From Candidatus Parcubacteria bacterium (GTDB lineage: Bacteria > Patescibacteriota > Minisyncoccia > UBA6257 > HR35): a stretch of DNA of 64,000 bases. The notes under the pieces are model-generated. The model worked only from the letters and a program-made list of their open reading frames with translations, had not been told where the DNA came from and did no database searches. The position numbers and the translations under genes were made by a program. This document shows, piece after piece, positions 48,240-57,347 of this stretch; the stretch's first letter is position 1; each line of letters opens with the position of its first letter. The stretch is from assembly GCA_026004535.1 (NCBI GenBank), contig BPJI01000002.1, positions 688-64,687 on the forward strand, given 5' to 3'.

Positions 48240-49796
48240 ATGGTGATAGAAGCATCACATAAAAAATTAAACGGGGTTGTTTACACACCTCAATGGATAG
48301 TGGAATTAATTTTAGATTATTTGAACTATCAAAAAAATATTGAAACAAAAAGAATAATTGACCCTGCTTGTGGCGATGGAGCTTTTTTAGAAATTATAGT
48401 GGATAGATTTATTAAAAGTGCCCTTAAAAATAATTTATCTACCATTAAAATTAAAGAATTATTAGAGCAAAATATTTATGGATGGGATATTGATAAAAAA
48501 GCATTGAAATTTTGTAAGATTAAATTAGATAATGTTGCTCATCAATATGATATAAAAAACATCAATTGGAATTTAACTAATGTAGATAGCTTAAATAAAG
48601 AATTTGCCAAGAAATACTTTAATTTTTTTGATTTTGTTGTTGGGAATCCACCATATATCAGAATTCAGAATATTGAAAAAGACAAACGAAAAAATATACA
48701 AGAAAGTTGGATTTTGTGTAAGAAAGGTTCTACAGATATATTTTTGGCTTTTTTTGAATTAGGAGTTTACTTATTAAATACAGAAGGGTTATTAGGTTAC
48801 ATTACTCCAAATACTTATTTAAAAACTTCTGCAGGAAAGGATTTAAGAATTTTCATAAAAAACAAATTAAAAACATTAATCAACTTTAATCATTATCAGG
48901 TTTTTGAAAATGCAACCACTTACTCTTTAATTACAATTCTGTCAAAAAAAAATAATGAAAACAAATTTTCTTTATACGAAGGAAATGATAAGAAAAAAAT
49001 AAAATTTGTTGATGTAATTGAAACAGAGAATATTAATAATAACAACTGGATTTTGGCTTCTAATAAAATACTAAAAAGAATAAAAGCAATAGAAAGCAGA
49101 GGAATTCCTTTAAAAGAAATTGCTAATATACATGTAGGTATTACCACACTTGCTGATGATTATTATATATTTGAAAACCCTGTTTTTCAACAAGATACAG
49201 CAATAATATATGTTGATAATGAATACTTTGAAATAGAAAATAATATTTTGAAACCTATTGTAAAAGCATCCATTTTAAAGCATTCTAACGAAGAACAAAA
49301 TAGGTATATTATTTTTCCATACAAACTAAATCATAATAAACATCAAATAATTCCTGAAGAAGAACTTAAAAAGGAATATCCATTGACATATCATTATTTT
49401 ACAAAAATAAAAGACAAACTATTATCAAGAGACGGTGGAAATGAAAATACAGTTGCATGGTATGCATTTGGAAGATCACAAGGGCTTGATACATCATTTG
49501 GTAAAAAGATACTAACATCTCCAATGAATTTAAAACCCAATTTTATACTATGGGAAAAACCTGAATATACTTTCTATTCCGGTTATTGTATAAAATATGA
49601 TGGAGACCTTTACGAATTGCTTAAAGAGTTAAATTCTGATGATATGGACTTTTATATAAAATATGTTAGCAGAGATTATAAAAACAATTATAAATCCTAT
49701 TCTAAAACATTTATTGAAAATTTCGGCATTGATAATCCAAAAATTATTGAAGAATATAAAAGAAAAAAACACTCCTTATTTGATTTTCAGTATTAA
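48240..49796 (+). CDS. gamma-class N6-adenine DNA methyltransferase (518 aa)
   Basis: The motif order is X, I, IV: VVYTPQWIV, IIDPACGDGAFLE (AdoMet binding) and VVGNPPYIRIQ (NPPY catalytic). A long C-terminal target-recognition region follows. Confidence 0.8.
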   Translation: MVIEASHKKLNGVVYTPQWIVELILDYLNYQKNIETKRIIDPACGDGAFLEIIVDRFIKSALKNNLSTIKIKELLEQNIYGWDIDKKALKFCKIKLDNVAHQYDIKNINWNLTNVDSLNKEFAKKYFNFFDFVVGNPPYIRIQNIEKDKRKNIQESWILCKKGSTDIFLAFFELGVYLLNTEGLLGYITPNTYLKTSAGKDLRIFIKNKLKTLINFNHYQVFENATTYSLITILSKKNNENKFSLYEGNDKKKIKFVDVIETENINNNNWILASNKILKRIKAIESRGIPLKEIANIHVGITTLADDYYIFENPVFQQDTAIIYVDNEYFEIENNILKPIVKASILKHSNEEQNRYIIFPYKLNHNKHQIIPEEELKKEYPLTYHYFTKIKDKLLSRDGGNENTVAWYAFGRSQGLDTSFGKKILTSPMNLKPNFILWEKPEYTFYSGYCIKYDGDLYELLKELNSDDMDFYIKYVSRDYKNNYKSYSKTFIENFGIDNPKIIEEYKRKKHSLFDFQY

Positions 49797-49833
49797 AAAT
49801 CTTCGCCTTATGAATGTCGTATTTTGCACAGCA

Positions 49834-49848
49834 TCCGCATTAGGCGGA
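49834..49848 (+). terminator. weak hairpin TCCGC-attag-GCGGA in a GC-rich patch after the MTase
   Basis: A 5-bp stem with no clean T-run. The overlapping ORF at 49663-49869 is probably spurious. Confidence 0.25.
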
Positions 49849-49950
49849 CACGCTTCGCTATATATTTAAAGTGTTTATATTAAAAAAATAATTATAGATA
49901 GATACTTACAATTACTTGATATATTTTATATTTGTAATAAAATAATTCTT

Positions 49951-50802
49951 ATGAGTTCAAAACACAAAGAAAAAATTAAAAAATATGGAAGGAAAATAAA
50001 ATCTCTTGAGAGTAAAAGAGATAAATTAATTAAGACAATAAAGAAGAATAAGAAAACAATATTGAGCAATTTAGATAATATCATAGAAAGTTTGCCGGAG
50101 GTTAAGAGTAAGAATGACTATGATATGATTATGTCTTTTAAAATGGGTGGTGCTTATAGTATGTATGGGATGTCTGCAAGATATATGGCTGCAATGGAAA
50201 ATCCGAGCATCATAAATTTGCATAGGTTGACTTTAAATGCCTTGAGTGGAGTTAAAATTAATGAAAAAGATACCGAATTGTTTTATAAAATACTACACAA
50301 TTGGATAAACTTTCGTATGCCTTCGGTTGAATATCATCACGAAGCATCGTCACCAAATAAAATTGAGTATTTTTTGTATAAGAAAGAAATAGAAAAATTG
50401 AAAGAGAAAATAAATGAAGACGTTGAGGAAATAATTGATTTTTATTTTCAAAAGCAAATTGATATGTATAATACAATAATTTTGCATAGATTGGCATCTT
50501 TGTCAAAAAGAAAAAGAGGAAAGTTAATACAAGAATTTTTAAATAAAAACGGCAAATATTTTTATAGAGAACTAACGCCCGATAAGAATGAATACAAAGT
50601 AATAACATTTGAAGAAATGAAAGGCAAATATGGTTGGTTTAAGGCAGACAATAAGTATAAATTAGAAGTTTATTATACAGGTTATTATTTAAGCAAAAAT
50701 AAGTTTGTTGAGTTTTTGAAAGAATATATGTATATGAATAATAATGACATTGATTATTATTTGGAAAGCAAAATATACTATTTGTCTGAAGATTTTGTAT
50801 AA
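49951..50802 (+). CDS. hypothetical protein (283 aa)
   Basis: An ORF. Confidence 0.5.
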   Translation: MSSKHKEKIKKYGRKIKSLESKRDKLIKTIKKNKKTILSNLDNIIESLPEVKSKNDYDMIMSFKMGGAYSMYGMSARYMAAMENPSIINLHRLTLNALSGVKINEKDTELFYKILHNWINFRMPSVEYHHEASSPNKIEYFLYKKEIEKLKEKINEDVEEIIDFYFQKQIDMYNTIILHRLASLSKRKRGKLIQEFLNKNGKYFYRELTPDKNEYKVITFEEMKGKYGWFKADNKYKLEVYYTGYYLSKNKFVEFLKEYMYMNNNDIDYYLESKIYYLSEDFV

Positions 50803-50855
50803 TAAATACTATAAAATTAAGATATAAACATCACCCTAATTAAATTAAATTTATG

Positions 50856-50863
50856 TAAATTTG
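50856..50863 (+). promoter_or_regulatory. -7-like element TAAATTTG upstream of the 50887 gene
   Basis: It matches TAnnTTTG and lies 24 nt before the ATG. Confidence 0.3.
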
Positions 50864-50886
50864 TTTCATAATTAAATCATAAAACT

Positions 50887-51069
50887 ATGAAAAAAACAAA
50901 AATCAAAAAAAATAAAACAGAAGTAGGCGTATCAAAAAATCCGCACATATTAGAGGAAGATATATTAAAACACGAGGAGCATAAAGATATTAAAACAGGT
51001 ACAAACATTCTTTGTATAAACATCGAAGAGACAAAAAGGAAAGGTTCAAGAATTCGTGCTTTGGATTAG
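50887..51069 (+). CDS. conserved 60-aa protein, paralogue of 57036..57221
   Basis: MKKTKIKKNKTEVGVSKNPHILEEDILKHEEHKDIKTGTNILCINIEETKRKGSRIRALD aligns along its full length with the 57036 product at roughly 70 % identity. Confidence 0.55.
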   Translation: MKKTKIKKNKTEVGVSKNPHILEEDILKHEEHKDIKTGTNILCINIEETKRKGSRIRALD

Positions 51070-51077
51070 TATAAATA

Positions 51078-52436
51078 ATGGACACAATAAAGAATAAAAT
51101 CAAAAATTCTTTATCGTATTATTTTGACCTATTGTCGGAAATTGAGAGCAAATTTAAAGTAAAAGCATATATTGTCGGTGGTGCTGTAAGAGACGCAGGC
51201 ATAGATGAAAAAGTAAAGGACATTGATATAGTTATTATTCCTTATAGGTATAATGTTTCCATAAATTTATTGGAATTGCAGACAAAAAAAATATCGCCTG
51301 CACAGGCGTTTCCTGTCTATATCTACACTTCAGACAATCCCAAATATTCAAACCAGCAGTATGAATTGGCAATAGGAAGGAAAGAGTATAAAACAGGTAT
51401 TGGGCATAAAGGTTTCAATATTGTTCCTGCGGATGATATTTACACTGACTTATTAAGACGTGATTTTACAATAAACGCAATCGCAATAGACAAAAACGGC
51501 GAATTACATTATCCCAAAGACGCATTAAGAGACCTTGAAAAAAGGTTATTAAATCCTGTCGTTGAAAAACACTTCGTAGAAGACCCGTTGAGATACTATC
51601 GTGCCTTACGTTTTGCAACAAAAGGTTTTTCACTTACCCTTAGAATGATAAACACATTAAACAATATCCCACAATACGAATTGGAATCTATTCCTAATGA
51701 AAGAATATCAAATGAAATGATGAAGGCATTTGGCGGTAAGTATCCAGAAAGATTTTTTACCTGCATGGCTTTATTGAATAATATACCTAATAAATTTCAG
51801 CACATAAAAAAATGTTTATACGTTCCTTCGGGAAGAGGTGAAAAGCACTCTGACGAAAGGCATTTGTTAGATCACTTGAATAAAGTATTGAAATTATCAA
51901 CAAGATTGACAAATGATTATAATGTAAGATTGGCGGCATTCTATCATGATATTGGAAAGATATTTACAGACCCTAAAGAATATCCGAGACATTATGGACA
52001 TGAGCAAAATGGCTACGATTTTGCCATTAAGTGGTTCAAAGACATGCGTTTTGAAAATAAAACAGTAGAGATTGTTTCCCGTGCGTGCAGGTATCATATG
52101 CTTATAGACAATTACTATAATTTAAGGTTATCTAAATTGATTGACATTGTTTCTGAAAACAAATATTACATAAAAGAATTGGTTATGGTAAGTATTTGTG
52201 ATGTGGATGATGAAAGGTATGAAAGAGAAGTTTGGGATGTTTTTAATCTTGTCTTGGAGGTGGTGAATATGAAACCGTCAATATTGATTGGTGAAGAAAA
52301 ATTAAAGGAATTAAGCAGGAAAAATCCAGAAAATATCAGAAGTCTTTTAAAGCAACGACGTGTTGAAATATTGAAAGAAAAGTTATTAAGCGATATTAAG
52401 TTTAGTAATTATATGATAATGCAGAAAGTAATATAA
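51078..52436 (+). CDS. cca: CCA-adding tRNA nucleotidyltransferase / poly(A) polymerase-family enzyme with an HD domain
   Basis: The pol-beta nucleotidyltransferase head motif YIVGGAVRDAGIDEKVKDIDIVI (GG.VRD...D.D) is present, and the HD motif AAFYHDIGK lies downstream. The size (452 aa) is typical of a bacterial Cca. Confidence 0.8.
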   Translation: MDTIKNKIKNSLSYYFDLLSEIESKFKVKAYIVGGAVRDAGIDEKVKDIDIVIIPYRYNVSINLLELQTKKISPAQAFPVYIYTSDNPKYSNQQYELAIGRKEYKTGIGHKGFNIVPADDIYTDLLRRDFTINAIAIDKNGELHYPKDALRDLEKRLLNPVVEKHFVEDPLRYYRALRFATKGFSLTLRMINTLNNIPQYELESIPNERISNEMMKAFGGKYPERFFTCMALLNNIPNKFQHIKKCLYVPSGRGEKHSDERHLLDHLNKVLKLSTRLTNDYNVRLAAFYHDIGKIFTDPKEYPRHYGHEQNGYDFAIKWFKDMRFENKTVEIVSRACRYHMLIDNYYNLRLSKLIDIVSENKYYIKELVMVSICDVDDERYEREVWDVFNLVLEVVNMKPSILIGEEKLKELSRKNPENIRSLLKQRRVEILKEKLLSDIKFSNYMIMQKVI

Positions 52437-52530
52437 TAAGTTTGCTATAAAAAAAATAACCAAAAAAAGCGGTTAAAATTTCTTATAAATTAAATTTGTA
52501 TAATCAATAATCATAATAAAATTTACCAAT

Positions 52531-53031
52531 ATGATAAATTTTTTCTTAAAACGCAATCATACAAATAATAATCATCAAAATTATAAATTATATGAGAGGG
52601 GCGGATTATCCTACGAAAAAATGGACATAGTAAGAACAAAAAGTGGGCTTCCGGCAATGTGGGAATCAGGCGGTGGTTATACCAATACGGGTGAAAGCGT
52701 CATAATTGCAGGGAGAAACGGAGAGCGAAAAAAACCTATATACATACGAAAAAAGGGTCATCTTGCCAATCGTGAACATGCACTTTATATTGTAAATAAG
52801 GGAGATATAGTCGTACAGGCATATCATCATAGAGAAGATTTTACAATTAGAGTTTATAAAATTGTAGATTTTGAAGATAATTATGCCATTTTAGAGTTGT
52901 TATATTATTATGAAGATGGAGAATGGGATAAGCCATTGCCAGAGAAATATAAAGATGTTGTGGATGCTGCCATGCATAAAGCCATCATTTATCATTGTAG
53001 GTATCCAGTTTACTATAAAGAGCATGATTAA
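52531..53031 (+). CDS. hypothetical protein (166 aa), possibly a distant member of the tandem family below
   Basis: It shares the N-terminal YERGG/FEKGG motif. A -7-like TAAATTTG lies at 52491-52498. Confidence 0.45.
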   Translation: MINFFLKRNHTNNNHQNYKLYERGGLSYEKMDIVRTKSGLPAMWESGGGYTNTGESVIIAGRNGERKKPIYIRKKGHLANREHALYIVNKGDIVVQAYHHREDFTIRVYKIVDFEDNYAILELLYYYEDGEWDKPLPEKYKDVVDAAMHKAIIYHCRYPVYYKEHD

Positions 53032-53048
53032 AATAAAAATTTACAACT

Positions 53049-53543
53049 ATGATACAGTTTTTTTCAAACAACCGAAAAGGATACAAAAAATTTGAAAAAG
53101 GTGGTATCCCTTCAACAGATACGCCTTTGATAGAAATATTCAACAAACCTAACTTAATTTTTAATTATCTTTATTTAACAGGTTTTGAAAATTTGGAAGG
53201 TATTGACAAAAACAAATTGGTTGCACTTGTATATGAGTTAAAATTATCCGAAGATGATTTGCGGAAACTAAAAGTAATTGATGAATATACTGTATATCAT
53301 GATGGTAAAGAGTATGTTATATTGGAAGAGGGGGAAGAATATGACGAATATGTAAAAGATAGAATTGAGGAAATTATTGAGGAGGCGTATAATCAAATAC
53401 CAGAGCATTTGCAGTATTATTTTGACGAAGAGAAGTATAAACAAGATATATTGATTGAAACTTCAAATGGTGCAACTTTAATTTCAGATACATACAATGA
53501 AATAAAAATTGGCGATAAAGATTATTATGTATTTTACGTTTAA
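53049..53543 (+). CDS. tandem-family protein (164 aa)
   Basis: It shares KFEKGG and IPEHLQYYFDEEKYKQDILI with the next gene. Confidence 0.5.
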   Translation: MIQFFSNNRKGYKKFEKGGIPSTDTPLIEIFNKPNLIFNYLYLTGFENLEGIDKNKLVALVYELKLSEDDLRKLKVIDEYTVYHDGKEYVILEEGEEYDEYVKDRIEEIIEEAYNQIPEHLQYYFDEEKYKQDILIETSNGATLISDTYNEIKIGDKDYYVFYV

Positions 53544-53560
53544 AATAAATGCAATAAATT

Positions 53561-54130
53561 GTGTTTTTATTGTATAAAAACATATTACACACAAAACAAA
53601 ATTACTTTGAAAAAGGCGGGGAAGTAAATCTTTCTCCAAATGATAACAGTATTGTTAAAGAAACGTTATATAACTTCTTTAAAGATTACGACAAAATGCA
53701 CGATTTCATAAAACAAACAGGTTTATTTGATGATTTGGACGATATAAACAGAGTAGTTGCTTTATGCAAATTCGCAGAACTAAAAGAGAGTGATTTATAT
53801 GAATTGCATTATGATAAGAACAAACCATATGAGTTTGTATTGAAAGATGGTAAAATTTATTATGTATTTAATGAGAACGAAGTCGAAATATTGAAAAAGC
53901 CACTTTTGGAATTGCAGGTAGATATTGCAATGAAAAGCATTCCCGAACATTTAACATTTTATTTTGACGAAGATAAATACAAAAATGATGTTTTACTATT
54001 AAATAGTGATATTGTTGAAACGCTCACATTTTCTTATAAAAAATATCAGATAAATAAAAAGTTATATTACGCCTGTGAGCCATACGACATATTTGTAGAG
54101 TCATTAGATAAAGTAGTAAAACAATTTTGA
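53561..54130 (+). CDS. tandem-family protein (189 aa)
   Basis: YFEKGG and IPEHLTFYFDEDKYKNDVLL mark it as a paralogue of 53049..53543. Confidence 0.5.
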   Translation: MFLLYKNILHTKQNYFEKGGEVNLSPNDNSIVKETLYNFFKDYDKMHDFIKQTGLFDDLDDINRVVALCKFAELKESDLYELHYDKNKPYEFVLKDGKIYYVFNENEVEILKKPLLELQVDIAMKSIPEHLTFYFDEDKYKNDVLLLNSDIVETLTFSYKKYQINKKLYYACEPYDIFVESLDKVVKQF

Positions 54131-54144
54131 TAAATTATAAAATT

Positions 54145-54573
54145 ATGAAAAGATTAAAAGACGCAATTCAAATTACATACGGAACAATATATTTTGTGAT
54201 TTATATTGCTGCAAGCATCTTGCAAATATTATTGGCACCTATATTAGTTGTTTATGCATGGATTAAGATAGCAATGATTAGAGATAAGAAAAAACGTGAT
54301 GATAGTTTTGGTTTGTATAACGAAAAAATATCAATTTTGAAGGATATACTCGGAAATGTAATGGGGGCATATTTATTTAATGATGTATTGATAAAAAAAG
54401 ATGGATATAAATTTGGCCGCAGATATGAAACAATATCAAGCGTTCTTGGAAAAAATAAACGATTAGGCAAACTGACTTTTGTAGGCAAAGTGCTTTGTTA
54501 TATTCTTGACAAAATTGATGAGAATCATTGTGAAAAATCAATAAGTTACGATAACATAATTGACAAAGAATAA
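54145..54573 (+). CDS. membrane protein. I moved the start to the ATG at 54145 (MKRLKD...); the ORF track began at a TTG
   Basis: Two TM helices (IYFVIYIAASILQILLAPILVVYAWIKIAMI). The sequence aattataaaattATG precedes the ATG. Confidence 0.45.
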   Translation: MKRLKDAIQITYGTIYFVIYIAASILQILLAPILVVYAWIKIAMIRDKKKRDDSFGLYNEKISILKDILGNVMGAYLFNDVLIKKDGYKFGRRYETISSVLGKNKRLGKLTFVGKVLCYILDKIDENHCEKSISYDNIIDKE

Positions 54574-54574
54574 A

Positions 54575-55066
54575 TTATCTATAATCTTCCAATCTCTTTT
54601 CGTTTTTAAGAAAACTGACTTTCTGCATTATTATATTCAAGTGCTTATCAACGGTATCTTTGTAGTTATTCAGCATATAATACAGCGATTTGATACGATT
54701 AAGTGCGATGTAGTGTTGGTTTAGTTCTATTTTTGCAAGTGTTTCTGATTTATTTACTGCTTTATTTTGTCCTATAAAGTTTATTTTAAGTATGTTGTAA
54801 TAGTTATCAATAATTTGCTCATAGTAGTCAATGATGTGTTTTATCTTGCTCAACAATTTCGATATTTCATACATATTTACAATCAACCTGTCCATTATTT
54901 CAATATATCCGTTTATGTCTTGCGACTCGTTTATTTTTTTATAGTCCGATACATTGTGGTCAATTTCTTTAATTAAATTCTCAACCAAATCTTTTTTGTT
55001 CGTGTATTCATAATTGATGTAATCACGTTCAGATATTAGTTTTTTATCAATCTCATCTTTATTCAT
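54575..55066 (-). CDS. hypothetical protein (163 aa)
   Basis: An ORF, first of a minus-strand island. Confidence 0.5.
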   Translation of the reverse strand: MNKDEIDKKLISERDYINYEYTNKKDLVENLIKEIDHNVSDYKKINESQDINGYIEIMDRLIVNMYEISKLLSKIKHIIDYYEQIIDNYYNILKINFIGQNKAVNKSETLAKIELNQHYIALNRIKSLYYMLNNYKDTVDKHLNIIMQKVSFLKNEKRLEDYR

Positions 55067-55084
55067 ATCTGATACAATTTATTG

Positions 55085-55393
55085 TTATTCTAACCTTGAC
55101 AAAAGTATTAAAAAATACTCTAAATTTTCCGCATTTTCCCCATACATCTTTTTCATAATATCAACACACTCCTCTTTGCTATATCCCGTATCTATTCGGG
55201 CAATGAATTCGTTTACTTTGTCCAATTTAAACGTTCTTATATCTACAATTACGGCATCATACAAAAACTGGTTTTTAAGCATAATTTTATACTTTTCACC
55301 GATTTTATACTTGCTACTTTTTGGTCTGATTGTCGTGAAACTTTTGCAATTTAACTTGTTATTCCAATTGTAATTAAAGTTTATTGTTTGCAT
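55085..55393 (-). CDS. hypothetical protein (102 aa), possibly an ASCH/PUA-like small beta-barrel
   Basis: Only the size and a weak pattern support this. The antisense ORF is spurious. Confidence 0.4.
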   Translation of the reverse strand: MQTINFNYNWNNKLNCKSFTTIRPKSSKYKIGEKYKIMLKNQFLYDAVIVDIRTFKLDKVNEFIARIDTGYSKEECVDIMKKMYGENAENLEYFLILLSRLE

Positions 55394-55405
55394 AGTAGTA
55401 TTATT

Positions 55406-55675
55406 TTAAATTACACTTATCCATTTTTTTTTAACACTATGACGATATTTGGCAATTCTTGTAAATGGATATAATTCTGACAACATGTATTTGGGCAAAT
55501 TTATTCTATATTTATATTGCAACAATTCGCTTACATATACACCTTCTTTTTGAATACGTATTATTGACGACACAAACTCATTCTCTTGTGTCAATCCATA
55601 TACATAAATAATATAATATTTATCTGTTTTTTTCAACAAAATGGCATCAATCATTATGTATTCAGTATTTATCAT
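55406..55675 (-). CDS. hypothetical protein (89 aa)
   Basis: An ORF. Confidence 0.45.
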   Translation of the reverse strand: MINTEYIMIDAILLKKTDKYYIIYVYGLTQENEFVSSIIRIQKEGVYVSELLQYKYRINLPKYMLSELYPFTRIAKYRHSVKKKWISVI

Positions 55676-56123
55676 GTTTCATTTGTTTTGTAAATAATAT
55701 TATTGCGGTGCTTTCTCTTTCTCTTTGTTCTATGACAATTTTAAACGTAATTTCGTCAACATAAATAGTAATCTGTTCATCAAAGTTGGATGGTTCAAAA
55801 TCAATTACACTTTTAAAGCACCGTTTTGGATTTTTTATTTCCATCAAATAATTCTCTACATCAATTCCTTTTTCATAGATATAAACTTCGCAATATAAAT
55901 ACTTGCTTCCATTCATATCAACGAATTTTTCAAATTCTTTTGCCATATCATCTATCATTTCTTCTCTTTCAAATTCCATTTCTTTTATTGTTGCCCTTTC
56001 AATTACTTCCTCCGTCGCATCGCAACCTGCATTAAAAGGGAATACACCTGTTTCTTTCCAAGTAGTATAAACAATATCACGGGCTTCGTCTTCATTTATT
56101 GTTTTTGTTGATAATATTTTCAT
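55662..56123 (-). CDS. hypothetical acidic protein (153 aa)
   Basis: An ORF that overlaps its neighbour by 14 nt. Confidence 0.5.
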   Translation of the reverse strand: MKILSTKTINEDEARDIVYTTWKETGVFPFNAGCDATEEVIERATIKEMEFEREEMIDDMAKEFEKFVDMNGSKYLYCEVYIYEKGIDVENYLMEIKNPKRCFKSVIDFEPSNFDEQITIYVDEITFKIVIEQRERESTAIILFTKQMKHDKY

Positions 56124-56273
56124 AGCTTTTAGTTTTTTGATTTATTTGATTAGTTTAAGAAAATTTCAATAACTTCATATTCCAATATCTTAGGATTAAA
56201 TATAAGGACTATACAAACCCCATTTTCATATTCTTTAAAATCCATGATGCATTCTTTTCTAAAAAAATATGTT

Positions 56274-56660
56274 TCAATAATTGCTCTCATATTTCATTGA
56301 TTTTAATTTATATAACAAATTATTTTTTACTTCAACAGAATTTAAATCTAACTTATTATCAATAATATATTGTTGCACAAATGTTGGCACATCTCCGTAT
56401 TTTGCATTCTTTGAACAAAGATAATGATATACGGTAAATTCATCTCCGTAATCAATAATTTCTGAAGCGTTTTGGTTTTTGTATATTGTGAGAGAGTAAA
56501 AAGTATCGTCTTCAATTATGTGTTTAAACATATTGACCACTCTCTCATTCTCAAGATTCACAAACCTTTTGTAAAAGTTTGTGATATAGAGACGAAAATC
56601 TTTAACGGTAATTATTTTTAACTCACCGTTAAAGATATTGATTCTGATATAGAAAATCAT
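56274..56660 (-). CDS. hypothetical protein (128 aa)
   Basis: An ORF. Confidence 0.45.
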   Translation of the reverse strand: MIFYIRINIFNGELKIITVKDFRLYITNFYKRFVNLENERVVNMFKHIIEDDTFYSLTIYKNQNASEIIDYGDEFTVYHYLCSKNAKYGDVPTFVQQYIIDNKLDLNSVEVKNNLLYKLKSMKYESNY

Positions 56661-56947
56661 AAATATTTTTCAATTATGTGGTAGTTATCTTTGATAAACT
56701 GCTCTCTTTCTTTACGTTTCTTGTAAAACTTCCCTCTTAATTTAGGGTTTCTTTGCTGTATTAACCTTGAATATCTGCCGACTGATTCAAGGTTAATACT
56801 ATTAAATATTTCGTAAAATATTTTTAAATTTTTTTTGCCTTTTACACACTCCGTATATTTTAAGTAGAGTGTGTATAAAATTGCTTTATTTTCCCGTGCT
56901 TCGGGATATTTATTTAAAATTAACTCAATAATTTGTTTGCTTATCAT
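56657..56947 (-). CDS. hypothetical basic protein (96 aa)
   Basis: An ORF with a 4-nt overlap. Confidence 0.45.
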   Translation of the reverse strand: MISKQIIELILNKYPEARENKAILYTLYLKYTECVKGKKNLKIFYEIFNSINLESVGRYSRLIQQRNPKLRGKFYKKRKEREQFIKDNYHIIEKYL

Positions 56948-57003
56948 AGCATTAAATTTTATCGTTAAAAATAAAAAAAATACAAAAAAACAAATAAAAA
57001 AAA

Positions 57004-57030
57004 GGCAACGCCGTTCGGGCGTTGCCTTTT
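57004..57030 (-). terminator. rho-independent terminator GGCAACGCC-gttcg-GGCGTTGCC followed by TTTT (and an A-run on the other side)
   Basis: A perfect 9-bp GC-rich stem 6 nt downstream of the 57036..57221 gene on the minus strand. Confidence 0.75.
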
Positions 57031-57035
57031 GGTTC

Positions 57036-57221
57036 TCAATCCAGGGCTCTTATTCTTGAGCCCTTTCTTTTTGTCTCCTCAACACTGACACACAGGATTT
57101 TTGCACCTGTTTTAATATCACTATGTTCACCGTGTTTTAGTAAATCTTCTTCTAATACGTGGGGGTGTTTAGACACGCCCACCTCTTTAGTTGTTTTTTT
57201 AATTTTTTCTGTTTTTTTCAT
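57036..57221 (-). CDS. conserved 61-aa protein, paralogue of 50887..51069
   Basis: MKKTEKIKKTTKEVGVSKHPHVLEEDLLKHGEHSDIKTGAKILCVSVEETKRKGSRIRALD. It is GC-richer than its neighbours. Confidence 0.55.
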   Translation of the reverse strand: MKKTEKIKKTTKEVGVSKHPHVLEEDLLKHGEHSDIKTGAKILCVSVEETKRKGSRIRALD

Positions 57222-57310
57222 AGTTTTTAAATTTTAAAGTTTACACCATAATATGACGAACATGCCTGAATCCATTGCGACCAGCGGGTTTGAGCCACTT
57301 TTTGACTTCT
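57216..57310. repeat. left copy of an inverted repeat of about 95 bp; it includes the start codon and 5' region of the 57036 gene
   Basis: It matches the reverse complement of 59199-59293. Runs of 35 nt and 21 nt are identical, with one 1-nt indel and a divergent patch of about 13 nt. Confidence 0.85.
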
Positions 57311-57330
57311 TTCATTTTTTATTATCTTTG
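57301..57330 (+). promoter_or_regulatory. Bacteroidetes sigma-A-type promoter: -33 TTTG (57301-57304), 18-nt spacer, -7 TATCTTTG (57323-57330)
   Basis: It matches TTTG-N18-21-TAnnTTTG and lies 18 nt upstream of the MTase ATG at 57348. Confidence 0.5.
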
Positions 57331-57347
57331 TGCAAATACTTATTGTT

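Noticed and set aside
45736-57237. Nested or antisense ORFs (45736-45918, 46151-46357, 46468-46662, 48920-49147, 49663-49869, 50258-50608, 51897-52097, 52910-53095, 53374-53592, 54252-54488, 54767-54976, 55176-55373, 55826-56035, 56871-57059, 57022-57237).
   Set aside because: The reasoning is the same as above. 49663-49869 spans a GC-rich hairpin patch downstream of the MTase. 57022-57237 is antisense to the conserved 57036-57221 gene, whose paralogue confirms the minus frame.
57231-57300. The GC-rich inverted-repeat core as a tRNA or tRNA-like gene.
   Set aside because: I could not fold it into a cloverleaf. A GGTTTGAGCC T-loop-like string is present, but there is no complementary acceptor or T-stem pairing, and the sequence is duplicated as part of the promoter/leader repeat.
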